The position numbers were made by a program, and so were the translations under genes. This document shows positions 23,092 to 37,004 of a stretch of 37,600 nucleotides of DNA, piece after piece. The DNA is from Octopus sinensis. Lineage: Eukaryota. Every line of letters starts with the position of its first letter. The stretch's first letter is position 1. The notes under the pieces were generated by a model that was not told where the DNA came from, made no database searches, and worked only from the letters and a program-made list of their open reading frames with translations. Location: NCBI RefSeq assembly GCF_006345805.1, contig NW_021835907.1, forward strand, positions 1 through 37,600. The letters run 5' to 3'.

Positions 23092-24303
23092 CGAGGGGCG
23101 TTCAATAAGTAATGCCTCTGACCCACATGCAGTTATTTGATCTAGCTCTGAACTAATTGTGGTTTCTGATTTACAGGTGTTTGAACTGAGTCAAGTCTGA
23201 AATGGAGCCTACTGAGTGTTGAGCAGTGATCCGGTTTTTGTATTTGAAAGGACGCACACCACGGGAGACTTTTGATGAAATGAAAGTAACTTATGGTGAT
23301 GATGCCCCATCATATGACCTTGTAAAACGCTGGTATCGTGAATTCAAACATGGTCGGAACTCTGTGGAAACAGCTCCCAGATCTGGTCGCCCCCTCTCTG
23401 CCATTGATGAGGCATCTGTCTGTCAAGTTGAGGCTGCCATTTTGGAAGATCGACGCATAACTATTCGCCAAATAGCCCATGAGGTCAAGATTAGTACCGA
23501 GTCTGTGGAAACTATCATTCATGACCATTTGCATATGCAAAAGGTGTCTGCCAGATGGATTCTCAGGTTGCTCACACCTTTCCAGAAGCAAGAACGCGTC
23601 GAGTGCTCGAGGATGAATTTGGAGATGTGCCAAGAGGATGAGTCAAAATATTTCAAAAGTCTGATTGCACAGGATGAAACCTGGGTCCATCACTATGATC
23701 CAGAGACCAAAGCCCAGTCAATGCAGTGGAAGCACCGTGACTCACCCCCTCCAAAGAAGGAAAGGGTGCAGCCCTCCGCTGGCAAGGTCATGCTCACAGT
23801 CTTCTGGGACCAGGACGGAGTAGTGATGACAGATTTCCTGGCAATGGGTACCACAATTGCAGGAGCCTATTATGCTTCACTTTTGAGGAAATTAAGAGAA
23901 GTTATCAAAATCAAGAGGCGGGGCAAGATCAGCAAAGACATCCTCCTCCTGCAGAACAACGCTCCGGTCCACAACTCGCTTGTCGCCAGATCAGAAGCAC
24001 AGGCGTGCGGCTATGAACTCCCCCATGCACCCTCTGATTTTCACCTCTTCCCAGCCATGAAGTTGTTTTTGAAAGGAAAGCGTTTCCCAGGTGATGCAGC
24101 CTTGATTACGGAAGTCACGTCGTGGTTGGAGGACCAAGCTGGGGTCTTCTACAAGAACGGTCTCCAGAACTGCATCAAACAATGGGGGAAATGCGTAAAT
24201 CTGGGTGGTTTCTATGTAGAAAAAGACTAATAACTGTGCCAAATTACGTTGCTCTACCGCTATGGGAAGTGGGTTAGGGGCATTACTTATTGAACGCCCC
24301 TCG
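23092..24303 (+). mobile_element. Mariner transposon, near full length (1212 bp), perfect 25-bp TIRs, TA TSD
   Basis: TA|cgaggggcgttcaataagtaatgcc ... ggcattacttattgaacgcccctcg|TA. Confidence 0.96.
23202..24230 (+). pseudogene. Mariner DD(34)D-family transposase, disabled
   Basis: ATG at 23202 (MEPTEC) is followed by an in-frame TGA at 23220. DETW is retained, the second D is mutated (QNNAPVH), and PPYSPDL is deleted (LPH^APSDFHLF). Confidence 0.9.
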
Positions 24304-24343
<40 letters not shown>

Positions 24344-24710
24344 CACACACGCACACACACAGGCACATATATACTTCATAAAGATGATGATCATGATAAT
24401 ATACAGGTTTAGCTAAGAAGACGTCAATGTGAAAAATAAGATTGACGATTACGATCTCAGTAAATGAAGGTCATGGTGTAATGAGAACTAGAAACCGATG
24501 CAAGATTCCTGGCCATATAGTCTTACGAAGAATACTTAACAGACCGGTATTATGAAAAGTGGAAGGCCCAGATGTCGCACATGTGGTAGCACTAACCGTT
24601 TGTCCGCAAAAGAAGCAAGCTAGTAGGGACTCGCAATGTTGCTAGCGTCACACGACAACATCTACATTAACGACGACAGTAACAGAAAGAGCAGCGGTAG
24701 AAAAACTGTG

Positions 24711-24937
24711 TATTTCTACATTGCCCACAAGGGGCTAAACATAGAGGGGACAAACAAGGTCAGACAAAGGGATTAAGTCGATTACATCGACCCGCAGTGG
24801 GTAACTGGTACTTTATTTATCGACCCCGAAAGGATGAAAGGCAAAGTCGACCTCGGCGGAATTTGAACTCACAACGTAACGACAGACGAAATACGGCTAC
24901 GCATTTCGCCCGGCGTGCTAACGATTCTGCCAGCTCG
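24711..24937 (-). mobile_element. SINE family B
   Basis: Near full-length reverse complement of 13091-13320. Confidence 0.88.
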
Positions 24938-25902
24938 TGAGCGATTGTCTACACAAAAATGGACACAAACGGCACAAACGCAAAGAAACACAGATAGATA
25001 CATAGACATGCTGTAGTTATTCTCCGCTCCCGACTTCTCTCTCTATCTCTCTCTCTCTCTTTCTATCTCTCTTTCTTTCTGTCACTCTCTCTTTCTATCT
25101 ATCTCTTTCTTTCTCTTTCTCTCTCTCTTTCTTTCTCTCTCTCTCTCACAAACACAGACACACACACACACACATACACACACGTCCTTTCTCTTTTTCT
25201 GAACCGTCGTGAAACGCCAAGAACTGAAAAATAATTCCACGACTAGAATTTGTTGTCAGGAAAAAAATAGCAGCGAAACGGCTGTACACTGCCAGTTCGG
25301 CACAAACTTCACCGACAGGGAACCATCGCCTTTCGAGCCGTTGCAATACACACACACGGACAAGCAAACGAAACCATAATGCGCACATCCTTTCAGTACC
25401 CGGAATTTGTGGGGTTCTTTGATTGGCTCGACGTGGAGGTCATCTTACCCAGACTGTCAAGCACACACGTTGTACACATCTGGATACTGCGTATACCACG
25501 TTCGGTTGATATAATTCGCCCATGATTCATTCGCCCGACTTCAATATAAGTCCACACACCACACACACACCTACACGCGCACACGCACGCACACTCCTAC
25601 ACACACACATACACACGCAAACTCACATACACACACGCTCCTACGCACACACACATACACACCTACAACATACACACGCAAGCTCACATGCACACATCTA
25701 CATACACACACACACTCCTACGCACACATATACACCTACAACATACACGCACACTCACACATACCTACACGCACCCCTACACCCCCTACACACACATATA
25801 CACCTACAACACACAAGCACACTCACACACAAACGCACACACATCTACATACACACACACAGCAACAGCAGCGAAAACAGCAGCAGCGAAGACAACTACA
25901 CT

Positions 25903-25904
25903 AA

Positions 25905-25959
<55 letters not shown>

Positions 25960-25989
25960 GGTGTGGTGGTGGTGGTGGTGGTGGTGGTG

Positions 25990-26050
<61 letters not shown>

Positions 26051-26065
26051 CAGCAGCAGCAGCGG
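25903..26065. repeat. Compound (GTA)n(GTG)n(GTA)n(GCA)n trinucleotide repeat
   Basis: Read directly from the sequence. Confidence 0.95.
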
Positions 26066-26520
26066 CAGTCATTGTAATTATATGTGATGGAGACATGCAG
26101 AGGAAGATCCAAATAGAGTCCCTGGACCGGATTTGAAAATCTCAGACATTGAGCTTAAAGAAGGGACAAAGAAGGGGCGAGAGAGAGGGAGAGAAAGCGG
26201 GAGAGAGGGAACTGAGGTGGTGGTCAACTTTAGGTTTTACATATTTTCGGCGTTGCTTTGAGGTCACAGCAACTGATGTCATGCTATTCCGGAAAGGATG
26301 GGCGTCGATGGAAGGAAAGACTGATTTTGTGGGTGGTTTTCTTGTTATTGTTGTTGCTGTTGTTGTCGGTTTTCTGTAGATATTTTTGACATGAGACACT
26401 ACTTAAGTAGTTTGTCTTTCTTTGGGCATTAACCTCAGGGCTCTTTTTTTATTTTGTTTTATTTCAAACTTTGATTTCTGAAATTGTCAAGTCATCGTAG
26501 GTCATTTATACTTTTTCATA

Positions 26521-26915
26521 TACTAGTAGTATTACCCGGCGTTGCTCGGGTTTGTTTCGACCCTTTAGAATTGGAATTTTTTAAAAGTAAAAATTTAGCA
26601 TCATGTAGCTTGTTATTCTCTTTAAGTGAACATTTTTCTGGTTGAAATACACCGAAAAATGGCGACACAGCTGTCAAAAAATCGTAAAAAATAGGGATTT
26701 TCATAGAAAAAAGCACCTTATTGGTGTAAATATTTTTTGGTGTTAACATGGTCCGATTTGAATTTTTTTTCTTCTACGGAAGGAAGAGCAAGCCTTCTTC
26801 TATCATAATCTCAATTTTGGTCAATTTGCACCGTAGGGTCTCGGAGGAGATAGTGTTAGTTGAAGGCTACCAAACCTGCCATACACAGACAACTTTAGCT
26901 TTATATATATATAGT
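26521..26915. mobile_element. Non-autonomous Helitron/Helentron (HINE-like) element
   Basis: One end is tactag..acccggcgttgctcggg (subterminal hairpin); the other is cacagac..ctttatatatatatag. This end architecture is typical of HINE/DINE-like elements. Confidence 0.6.
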
Positions 26916-27536
26916 GAGATTACAATACACATCATTATCAACTGTGTATGCCCACCGTTGAGTAAAAAAATATATATATAAGGCGTGTACGTGTGTTCGT
27001 CTCGTTCTTTTTTTTAATTTAGAATAAATTTTGACCGGCCATCTATTTAGTATCAAGGTTGTGAAGCAAAGCGTCTTGTTTTGGTTCATGTTTTGAATCT
27101 TAAGAAGACCTTGCAGACTTTTATAGTCTCAGATATCATGGTTATTTGTAGCGTATGAATTCAACATTTGCGTCCTATCCCCTTGAAGCCATGATCAGCC
27201 ATTCTTTTCTTCGCACGGGTTGTATGTGTGTCATTCAGTTTTATTTCAAGATTTCTTGCCAATAAAGAAAGACAATATCAACATAAATTTTTGCATGTTC
27301 ATGTGTATATGTGCACTATCTGCAGTCAGTGCTTGTCCAGATTTATCATGCACGTATGCATAGATGTATGTATGTATGTATGCATGTATATATATATATA
27401 TATATATATTTGTAAAAAATGAAGTTCGAAAATGCTGCTGTATTATACAATTTTTAATTTTTATATATACATTATAACATGTTTCAGTTCCTGAAATGAA
27501 CCTTATCAAAAAAAGTTATATATAAAAAGAGACAGC

Positions 27537-27595
<59 letters not shown>

Positions 27596-28076
27596 GTACG
27601 TATGTATGTACGTATGTATGTACGCATATATGTATATATATATATATATATCTATGTATGCATTTATATGTATATGTATATGTATATATGTATGTATGCA
27701 TGTGTATGTATGTATGCATCTATGAATGTAAGCATACATGTATGCATGCATGTATGTATATCAATATATATGTATGCATACATGTGTATGTATGTATGTA
27801 TGTATGTATGTATGTATGTATGTATGTATATGTAGAGAGAACTAGCAGAGTCATTAGGACGTTGACAAAAACGCTTTGCAATTTTTATTCCTGACTTTAC
27901 ATTCTGCGTTCAGATTACACTAAGGTCACCTTTTCAAAACTAAGAAGATGACAAAGTTCAGCACCAGATAAATACTACAATCAATGGCACCAATTTACCC
28001 CCTTTCTTCAAAATTCGGAGTCCCTGATATTACAGTAATATATATAATATATATATATATATATAATATATATATA

Positions 28077-28108
<32 letters not shown>

Positions 28109-28421
28109 TAGAGTAATATCATAGGATCCGGCAGGTGGCAGCATTGGATAAATGTGATATTTTTCACACTTATGTTTTTACCATAAGAGAGAAGTTTTCT
28201 CCACGATAAATGTAGTGAAATTTTCTTTAGCTGTTGAACTATGTTACAAATATATTCTAAGCTAAAGTTGGCACACAAGAAATTGACATGCTCACCCCAA
28301 ATCAGTTATCGGCCAAAAACCACCACAATTTTGAGCCATTATTGAGCAATTGCTCATTTTGGTGGTGATGTATGTGCGCGCGTGCGTTGTGTGAGTATGC
28401 ATAATATACACATGCACACAC

Positions 28422-28431
28422 ATAGATAGAC

Positions 28432-28519
<88 letters not shown>

Positions 28520-28548
28520 TGACAGATAGATAGATAGATTGACAGATA
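28422..28548. repeat. (GATA)n microsatellite
   Basis: Read directly from the sequence. Confidence 0.95.
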
Positions 28549-29331
28549 GTGTGTTTGCTGACATCGGTAGTTTGATGTGAGGAACAACATAACCTAACCA
28601 ACTTTCGATAAAATAGAAAACTTGCGACATTCATAATAATTAGAATAAAAAGTCGGTTGAAGAAAAAAAGAAAATGAAATAAAATGTGTGATGCCGAAAG
28701 GAATAAGAAAATGTGTTATTTGTAACAATAAAGAGGGCTCAGATAACAACAGCTGAGGGAGCTATCAGCACCATTTTGATAACTATCAGATTTGCTCGCC
28801 ATTGCTTGGCAGACGACACACAAATAGCGAACAAGTGAGCGACGCTATTCTAAGATTTCTGAACTGATCTCGTTTTAGTGACAGATATGTTTTCGTTATT
28901 TTATTAAAGAAACGTAAGACAAAACCGAATACGTATTTTATGCTCTCTATAGTGAAATGTTTTCTCTCTAATTTTCATTCTTTTTTGTTTTTATTTTCAA
29001 CAAATTTAACCTTTTTTTTTCTTATTGCTCCGGTCATATTTTTATCTCCCCTTTGAAATGAATGGCGTATCATGTTGATGGTTTTATAAACGATACACAC
29101 TAAATTTATACAGTAAACAGTGGGCGGCGTCGGACTAAATACAAATGAGATATTTCTTTTGGTCTTTTACGTTCTGGATTCAAATCCCGCCGAGGCCAGT
29201 TTTGCCTTTCATCCTTCCGGGACCTATAAAGTAAAGAACAATATATGTGTTAAGATCAACAATATCGAATGGCCCCATCACCTTAAAAACTGCTAGCTTT
29301 GAGCCTAAATCATTACTATTAAGAGTAGTAA

Positions 29332-29458
29332 AGACAGCGAGCTGGCAGAATCGATAGCACGCCGGGCGAAATACTTAGCCGTATTTCGTTTGTCGTTATG
29401 TTCTGAGTTCAAATTCCCCCGCGGTCGGGGTTTAATCAAATAAGTACCAGTTACCCAC
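29332..29458 (+). mobile_element. SINE family B, internally deleted; older degenerate copies nearby at ~29160 and ~29480
   Basis: gcgagctggcagaatcgatagcacgccgggcgaaat..gagttcaaattcc. Confidence 0.75.
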
Positions 29459-29776
29459 TCTTCTGTCTCTTTATATACAGAGTTCAGATGCCGCCGATGT
29501 CAAATTTGCTTTTAATCCCTTCGGGATAGATTCAAAATTGCACCAGTAAATACAGAGTTGAAATGCAAATGTAATTTTAAATCAGATATAATTTAAATAA
29601 ACAAGTAAAGAAACAGGACAACCTTACAACACTCGAATGAGAAAGTAGTAACAGGGTTTAAACAGAGCAACCTAGTCTTAATTAATTACAGGTTCCCTTA
29701 TTGTCTCATAAAATATTATCGACACCACACACCTGTGGAATCTTCAAAGATCTAGAAAAATTCTGTGAGCTAATTC

Positions 29777-30177
29777 TCTCTACTCTAGGCACAAAGCCCA
29801 AAATTTTGGGGAACGGGGGGCGGGAAATCGATTAAATCGACCCCAGTACGCAACTGTTGCTTAATTCATAGAACTCGAAAGGATGAGTGGCAAAGTCGAC
29901 CACGTCGGAATTTGAATTCAGAACGTAAAGACAGACGAAATACCTATTTCTTTACTACCCACAAGGAGCTACACACAGAGGGGACAAACAAGGACAGACA
30001 AACGGATTAAGTTGATTACATCGACCCCAGTGCGTAACTGGTACTTAATTTATCGACCCCGAAAGGATGAAAGGCAAAGTCGACCACGGCGGAATTTGAA
30101 CTCAGAACGTAACAGCAGACGAAATACCGCTAAGCATTTCGCCCGCCGTGCTAACGTTTCTGCCAGCTCGCCGCCTT
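29777..30177 (-). mobile_element. SINE family B, tandem or nested pair
   Basis: Same two-core arrangement as 13600-13995. Confidence 0.85.
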
Positions 30178-30649
30178 CTACAAAATATATAATAAAATGG
30201 TAATTAGCCTCGTTTGATTAATCTGATAGTCACGTACATAAAGTGATTATATATTTGTAAATTTCGTGAAGAACCTAGCATGTCGTTCTTATGTGGTCCT
30301 TTCCGTTTTGTACCGGAAGTAGTTGTTTATGTACAGATTCAACAACTTCCCTTCTTCCTGCCGACTTCTACTTGGGCATGCGCTTCTTCCTGTATATTTC
30401 TTCCTACTTCCTCTGGGTACGTCTGAGAGCTTACCATCCATCTCTAGTTTTTGCTTTCCACACCATAATCACAAGACTACTAAATAGTAAATCTGGAGCG
30501 GGGGCGCTTCGGCTACATCACTCTCGACTTCATTTCGCTGACTTCATTTTTCATCGACTTCCTGGTCGATTTTCTGTACATAGACATTGAGATTGAAGAC
30601 AAGGCGATCTTTTCGGCCGGAAACGGCCGTAGATCCACATTCGGGAACG

Positions 30650-31250
30650 CCCAGAAAACTGTAACTCTCGTGACCTGTTATTGTTGTTGTAGTTGCCGTT
30701 CGTCTTTTTTTTTTTCTTGCTGCAATGTTGCAGTCTTTATTGCTCTCTTCTTCTTTGCCTTTCGGCCTTCTCCTGACACAAAGATCTCAAGAAACTGCGA
30801 CTGTGCTGTCACACGTGTAGCATGTAGGCCTTCTACCCTGAACTGTATCTACGATATGGTACAGCTCATGAATGGCTCTGTAGTCTTCCGGTGTCATTAG
30901 AACTTGCGTGTCCATTTAGACCCCTACCCCTACCCGAGCACGTTTCCTTTCCAGTTATCGCGGTGCTCACCATCTTCTTGAACTGAGTCATATCAGTCTC
31001 TTTAGACAAATAATCAACATAATTGCTACTATCTTTTACAATCAGGTTTATGGTCTGCCTTCCCATATATTCAAGAACGAACCTCCGGGTAAATGCTTAA
31101 CGTACCACCTTGGCTTGCTTTTTTTTGCTTCCTCTCCAGTTTTAAATATTAAGCACACGACTCCTTACGACCTCCCCAACTCCATTCGATGGATACATTA
31201 GTCAGAAATACCTGCAATTGCTCTTTCGTGTGTGAGAGAAAGGGTCGCGT
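30650..31250 (-). pseudogene. Possible decayed LINE ORF1 (gag-like zinc knuckle)
   Basis: Remnants EYMGRQTINLIVK and VQGRRPTCYTCDST (CX2C start), with many stops. Confidence 0.35.
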
Positions 31251-31537
31251 GGTTTTCAAGACTTAAAATATTTTTATCCTCAGTCTCATCATTAAGAGAA
31301 AGAGACAGGGATGCTTTTTCGTTTATTACATTGTTCTCAAAAGCAGACATTTTATTTCTGTGGAATGCATCTTATGCAACGATCTTGTTTATAAGAGGAT
31401 TCATTCGCGAAACAAGAACTGGGATTACCTTTTCCGACACAAAATTCAAATTTTTCACACATTATTTCGTATAGCAAAATGTCTGCGTTGTTGTTGTTGT
31501 CGTTAATCGTGTCATTTAAATTGTTCAACATATTGGT

Positions 31538-31740
31538 TGTGGAGGCGCAATGGCCCAGTGGTTAGGGCAGCGGACTCGTTTCGATTCCCAGACTGGGCGT
31601 TGTGAGTGTTTATTGAGCGAAAACACCTAAAGCTCCACGAGGCTCCGGCAGCCACTTACACGTTAATTTCACGAGCAGGCTGTTCCGTTGATTCGGATCA
31701 ACCGGAACCCTCGTCGTCGTAACCGACGGAGTGCTTCCAC
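31538..31740 (+). mobile_element. tRNA-derived SINE family C with a 13-bp TSD
   Basis: tggcccagtggttagg A box and tttcgattccc B-box-like motif. tcaacatattggt at 31525-31537 and 31741-31753. Confidence 0.88.
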
Positions 31741-32593
31741 TCAACATATTGGTGTTATCTTTCGCCAGAAAATCCTATCTTATAAAATACACCTATTCTT
31801 CTACTGAACTGGATTCGGTTTCTTACCTAACATCAAATCATGGGAAAATAAAGAATATATGACTCCATGAAGAAGCAGCTAATCTCAGCAGCTTCTCGTA
31901 CCGAAACACAGAATCGTACAGAGAGAACATTTCAGAAAATGATGCCACAAGGAGGCAGCAAATTCATTCTCCTGTGTAATACTTTATAGTAACAACAAGA
32001 ACATTTTTCACACATCATCTCGCGATTGATGACGGAACGAGTTTCTTAAACAGTTGGCAATAGGACACAAATATATGCGTAATTATGATGACTAGAGATC
32101 CTAGGAAAGACAAATATGTGTCTCTCCGAGAGACATAATTCATTGAAATGGTTTCCATTGGAAACACCAAAACCTCTCGTAGATTCTACCCACTGAGGAA
32201 TAATAACGAAGTATATAGTACAGAAACAATATTTCGTTCCGAAGCCTTGCCGGATTACTGAATTCCTATTACGGACAATGTGATCAGTGGTGGTCACATT
32301 GGTTAATACATACTAAAATAAATATTAAATAATTAAATGGAATGCAGCTATCTGTGTATGAGTATATATGGTACAGGTCTAGATACGCTGTGCTGTACAA
32401 TGTGTCCCTAAACGAAGCTGACGACCACGATAATTTTGGTGTGTCTGATCGAAAATTAGTACGGAGTAGTGAGAGTCCGGGTTATTAGTGTCCGGAAAGT
32501 TGGTATTGTACCTGTAGTTGCTATTACTGAAGAATTCAATTATACGATTGATGATATGATGCGGTTCTATATTTAAGAGATGAGGAATTATGT

Positions 32594-32809
32594 ACATTAT
32601 TTACATTATTTACATTTGGCGGATATTTGTCTTCGTCTTGTTTGTTGTTAACGCAACGTTTCGGCTGATGTACCCTCCAGCCTTCATCAGGTTCGAAATT
32701 TCTCAAAGCGACCTGATGAAGGCTGGAGAGTATATCAGCCGAAACGTTGTGTTAACAACAAGCAAGATGCAGACAAATATCCGCCAAATGTAAATAATGT
32801 AAATAATGT
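32594..32809. mobile_element. 216-bp palindromic mini-element (99-bp arms, 18-nt spacer) built from an HHR-bearing pLTR end
   Basis: 32594-32692 is the reverse complement of 32711-32809 with a few mismatches. Confidence 0.9.
32711..32750 (+). ncRNA. Minimal hammerhead motif (extra A after the core), mirrored on the minus strand at 32653-32692
   Basis: AC-CTGATGA-A-GGCTG-[10 nt]-CAGCC-GAAA-CG-TT/GT. AACGTT palindrome in place of stem III; stem I is only 2 bp here. Confidence 0.65.
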
Positions 32810-32974
32810 GGATTGATGATATAATGAATATAAAGGCAGCGGGAATAACGACATAATATTTTCTATTGGAGTCTTGTTGGCAAAACGATCCGTAACTACA
32901 AGGAAAAGCATTCACAGCGTTCACGGTGAATTAAAGTATTTGACCATTCTAACAAACGGGCATCATCCTTTATC

Positions 32975-33750
<776 letters not shown>

Positions 33751-34156
33751 TCGATGATGACATATTTTACTGAGACATAGACAGAGAGACTGACAAACCG
33801 ACAAATAGATAGATAGATAGAGAGAGAGAGGGGGGAGAGAGAGGGAGAGAGAGAGAGTTCCCACAGACCTACACAAATATGCACGTTTAAGGAACGACAC
33901 AAGCATTTCGACGTTCATATGTAAGAAACATTCCCATGTACACACTAAAAGTACATACACACAGAGACGAAGACTTTTGCGCAGCAACAAAACATCGAGA
34001 CGTATACAACACAAAAGGAATGACGAGACAAAACGCAAATTTGGGGGAAAAGAGAAGGACTCCAGTGCAAGTCACGGCATGAATTATAAATTAGCATTTC
34101 TTGTTGGTTTCGTGCTGGAGACACACATTCATAAGCACTTATTCACATTCCCAAAG

Positions 34157-34189
<33 letters not shown>

Positions 34190-34248
34190 AACAAAATATT
34201 TGTGTCAAAGAAAAATGTGTTTGTACAAAAGATATCTATAGCTATCTA

Positions 34249-34293
<45 letters not shown>

Positions 34294-34500
34294 TGGGTTC
34301 GAGTTATTTGTCTAAAAATTCCTCAGGGTGGTGCTCCAGAATGGCCATAGCCAAATGACTGATGCAAGTAAACGATAACAGATACTTGTATGTTTGTATG
34401 CATATGTACACACTTCTGTATATATATAATTTATAATATGTATGTGTGTATATATTACATATATATATAATGTATAAATATTATATATATATTATATATA

Positions 34501-34547
<47 letters not shown>

Positions 34548-35190
34548 GTACATACATGTGTGTGTGTGTACAAAACTGTCGCTGTTTTGTTTTTTTCTAA
34601 ATCTATTGCGACTTTTGTAGCATTAGTTTCTCTCTGGTGTTTGTCAAAGAACTCCATATGAAGATAATGCGATGGTAAAATTGCTGCATTCGATTTTAAG
34701 GGACAAAATATATTGACGCCGCTGACTTGTAGTGTTGGCTGTTCTACTGTAAGAAAACGCTGGAAAACAGCACTCAGCATATGAATTAGAGTATATGTAC
34801 GCTCATTTATATCCACTGTACCTTTCTCTTTGTTTCTTTCATTTTCTTCTAATCCTTCAATCCCGCTGCCCCCTACCCCTCTCTCCTCCTTCCACGTGAC
34901 CCGTGTTCGGCCAGCCATGAACTTTCTTCCTTGGCCTGACAGCCAACCGCCAACACCCCTTATGGCCATCTCCTATGTTCCTGCCGTAAATATTTCACTC
35001 TATACACGCCAGCACAATTTGATTTGTCCTCAGTCGAAAGACACCTGTTCTCATATTCATGTTGTTTATTTTGTAACTGTGTGCCATCTTCTCCGTTTTT
35101 TTTTCCTCTTTGTTGTACACATTCGCTTGCTATCTTACAGAAAATCGAATGCTCTTAGCTTCCACTTTTTGGGGCGCAACCAGATCGAAA

Positions 35191-35248
35191 AGTCTCAAGT
35201 GTAACTGCTCGAAACTGTAAGGACATCTGGTAACTTGACTGACGAAAG
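35191..35248 (+). ncRNA. Candidate non-circularly permuted hammerhead, locus 3
   Basis: AG-TC/TCAAGT-[10 nt]-GAAA-CT-[16 nt]-ACTTGA-CTGACGA-aag. Perfect 6-bp stem I, GUC triplet, intact core. Confidence 0.6.
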
Positions 35249-35375
35249 AAAGTCACGAATGACCCGTCCTTTTTTACCTGTCCTTCTAATTGTTGTTTTT
35301 CCTGTCCGCCTTTGTATCGTCCATCTGTCCGAATGTTTCATTTTCCTTTATTGCGTTTTTGTTCCATTTTTTATA

Positions 35376-35427
<52 letters not shown>

Positions 35428-35455
35428 TGTGTGCGTGTGTGTGTGTGTGTGTCTT

Positions 35456-35500
<45 letters not shown>

Positions 35501-35573
35501 AAATTAAAAGAAGGGAAGAGGAATTACGTAATTAACATCAGCAGCTTACACCTGCTTCTTGAAGCTCCGAGTA

Positions 35574-35636
35574 AGCTCTAAGGTGATGCTCAAGCACTCA
35601 CCTCTTAGGTTTCTACATCAGAAACAGCTGTAAGCT
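35574..35636 (+). ncRNA. Degenerate type I hammerhead (same GAAACAGCTGTA motif as 54-129)
   Basis: AGCT-ctaagg-TGATG-[loop]-CATCA-GAAA-CAGCTG-TA/AGCT. The core has decayed; a partial inverted copy lies at 35532-35562. Confidence 0.45.
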
Positions 35637-36364
35637 AATGAAGTTGACTGCGTAGTTCTTGTTTGCTTGTCGTTTATTTAATTTCATATTAAGCTCCGTA
35701 CTTAACTCACGTTCTTCTCTGGCATACTACCAGGAACATACCCAACACGAACATTTTCAATTTATACATGTCATTGTTCAGTTTTATTTCAAGATTTCTT
35801 GCCAATAGAGAAAGAGCCGGTTTCTAAACTAGATCCAAGGCTTTTTCATTGGAATTTCAACAACAACAGGGTTGTCCATATATCTAATGTTCTTCCTAGA
35901 AGGAAGACAAAATCTTTCGTGTTTGCTGCGCCCACACGTCTTTGCCGGTATACACACATTGAAGGTTTACTATAGCGTCGTAACTGTATCGACTTCTGTT
36001 TCCGGTAAACATTGGTGCGTTGTTGTATCACTACTCTATGTTTGTATATATAATATATATAATATATATATATATATGCACAGATCTGTATGATTTGTTT
36101 TATGTATGTATTGTCATGCATATGTCTGTGTTTATGCATGTATGTATGTAGGTAGGTATGTATATGTATAAGTATATAATTAATAGCGACAAAAACAGAA
36201 TTATTATTATTTATTCTTACTTAAAAGTGGATGTTGTGCTAGAATACAGAATAGTGCATTATTTATCAGGGAAGCAGTCATGTTTAAATACTAGCGGGAA
36301 ATAGTCGTCAGCTATCAATGCTGGGACAAGCAGATCACGTGATTTAGCCTTCTTTGGCCTTGCC

Positions 36365-36545
36365 AATGGTACAAGACCCGCAATTTAAAAGAGAGGCAGT
36401 AAAGTCGATTACAACAACCCCAGTGACCACCTAGTCCTTATTTTATGGACGCCTTAGACATGAAAGGCAAAGTTGCTCTCAGCGGTATTTGAACTCAGAA
36501 CGTAAAGACGAACGAAATGCCTCAAAGTATTTTCTTCCGCTAACT
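36365..36545 (-). mobile_element. Diverged SINE family B
   Basis: atgaaaggcaaagttg..gcggtatttgaactcagaacgtaaagacg. Confidence 0.65.
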
Positions 36546-36959
36546 CACCTCCTTAACCGGAACAAATAGTGCGATGAATTTTAACCAACATCCGAGCAAT
36601 TCCTTAATTCTACTATCACCCTGGAGCGGTACTGTTTTTATTGGCCTCAGTAGAATGGATGCTAGATTTGACCTTGATGGGATCTGAACACACTGCAACA
36701 AGAACTGAAACAAGTATCTATCTACCTATGTAATGGAGGGGTGTACTTATTTATCTATCAATCTTTATATCTGTCGGTTTGAAAATCTGTGTATCCATGT
36801 GTCTGGGTACCTAACCATCCCACCATCTATCCATCTATTTACCTACCTACCTACCTACTTGTGTGCCTACCTATTAATCCATACATACTTTTGTCGATAC
36901 ATCTATGTTCCATCCCTCCATCACTCTATCTATATATCGCATCATCTCTGTACCCATCC

Positions 36960-37004
<45 letters not shown>

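Noticed and set aside
23226-24230. Active transposase or SETMAR-like host gene
   Set aside because: Upstream nonsense codon, catalytic lesions, TIR-bounded, and no SET domain.
24550-24600. GRPRCRTCGST CX2C remnant
   Set aside because: Too short and decayed to assign.
32276-32301. 11-bp hairpin caatgtgatca/tggtcacattg
   Set aside because: Isolated, with no Helitron CTRR end or other supporting context.
35768-35885. Short repeat shared with 27229-27272 (ttcagttttatttcaagatttcttgccaata)
   Set aside because: The similarity is real but too short to classify; probably a retroelement 3' end.
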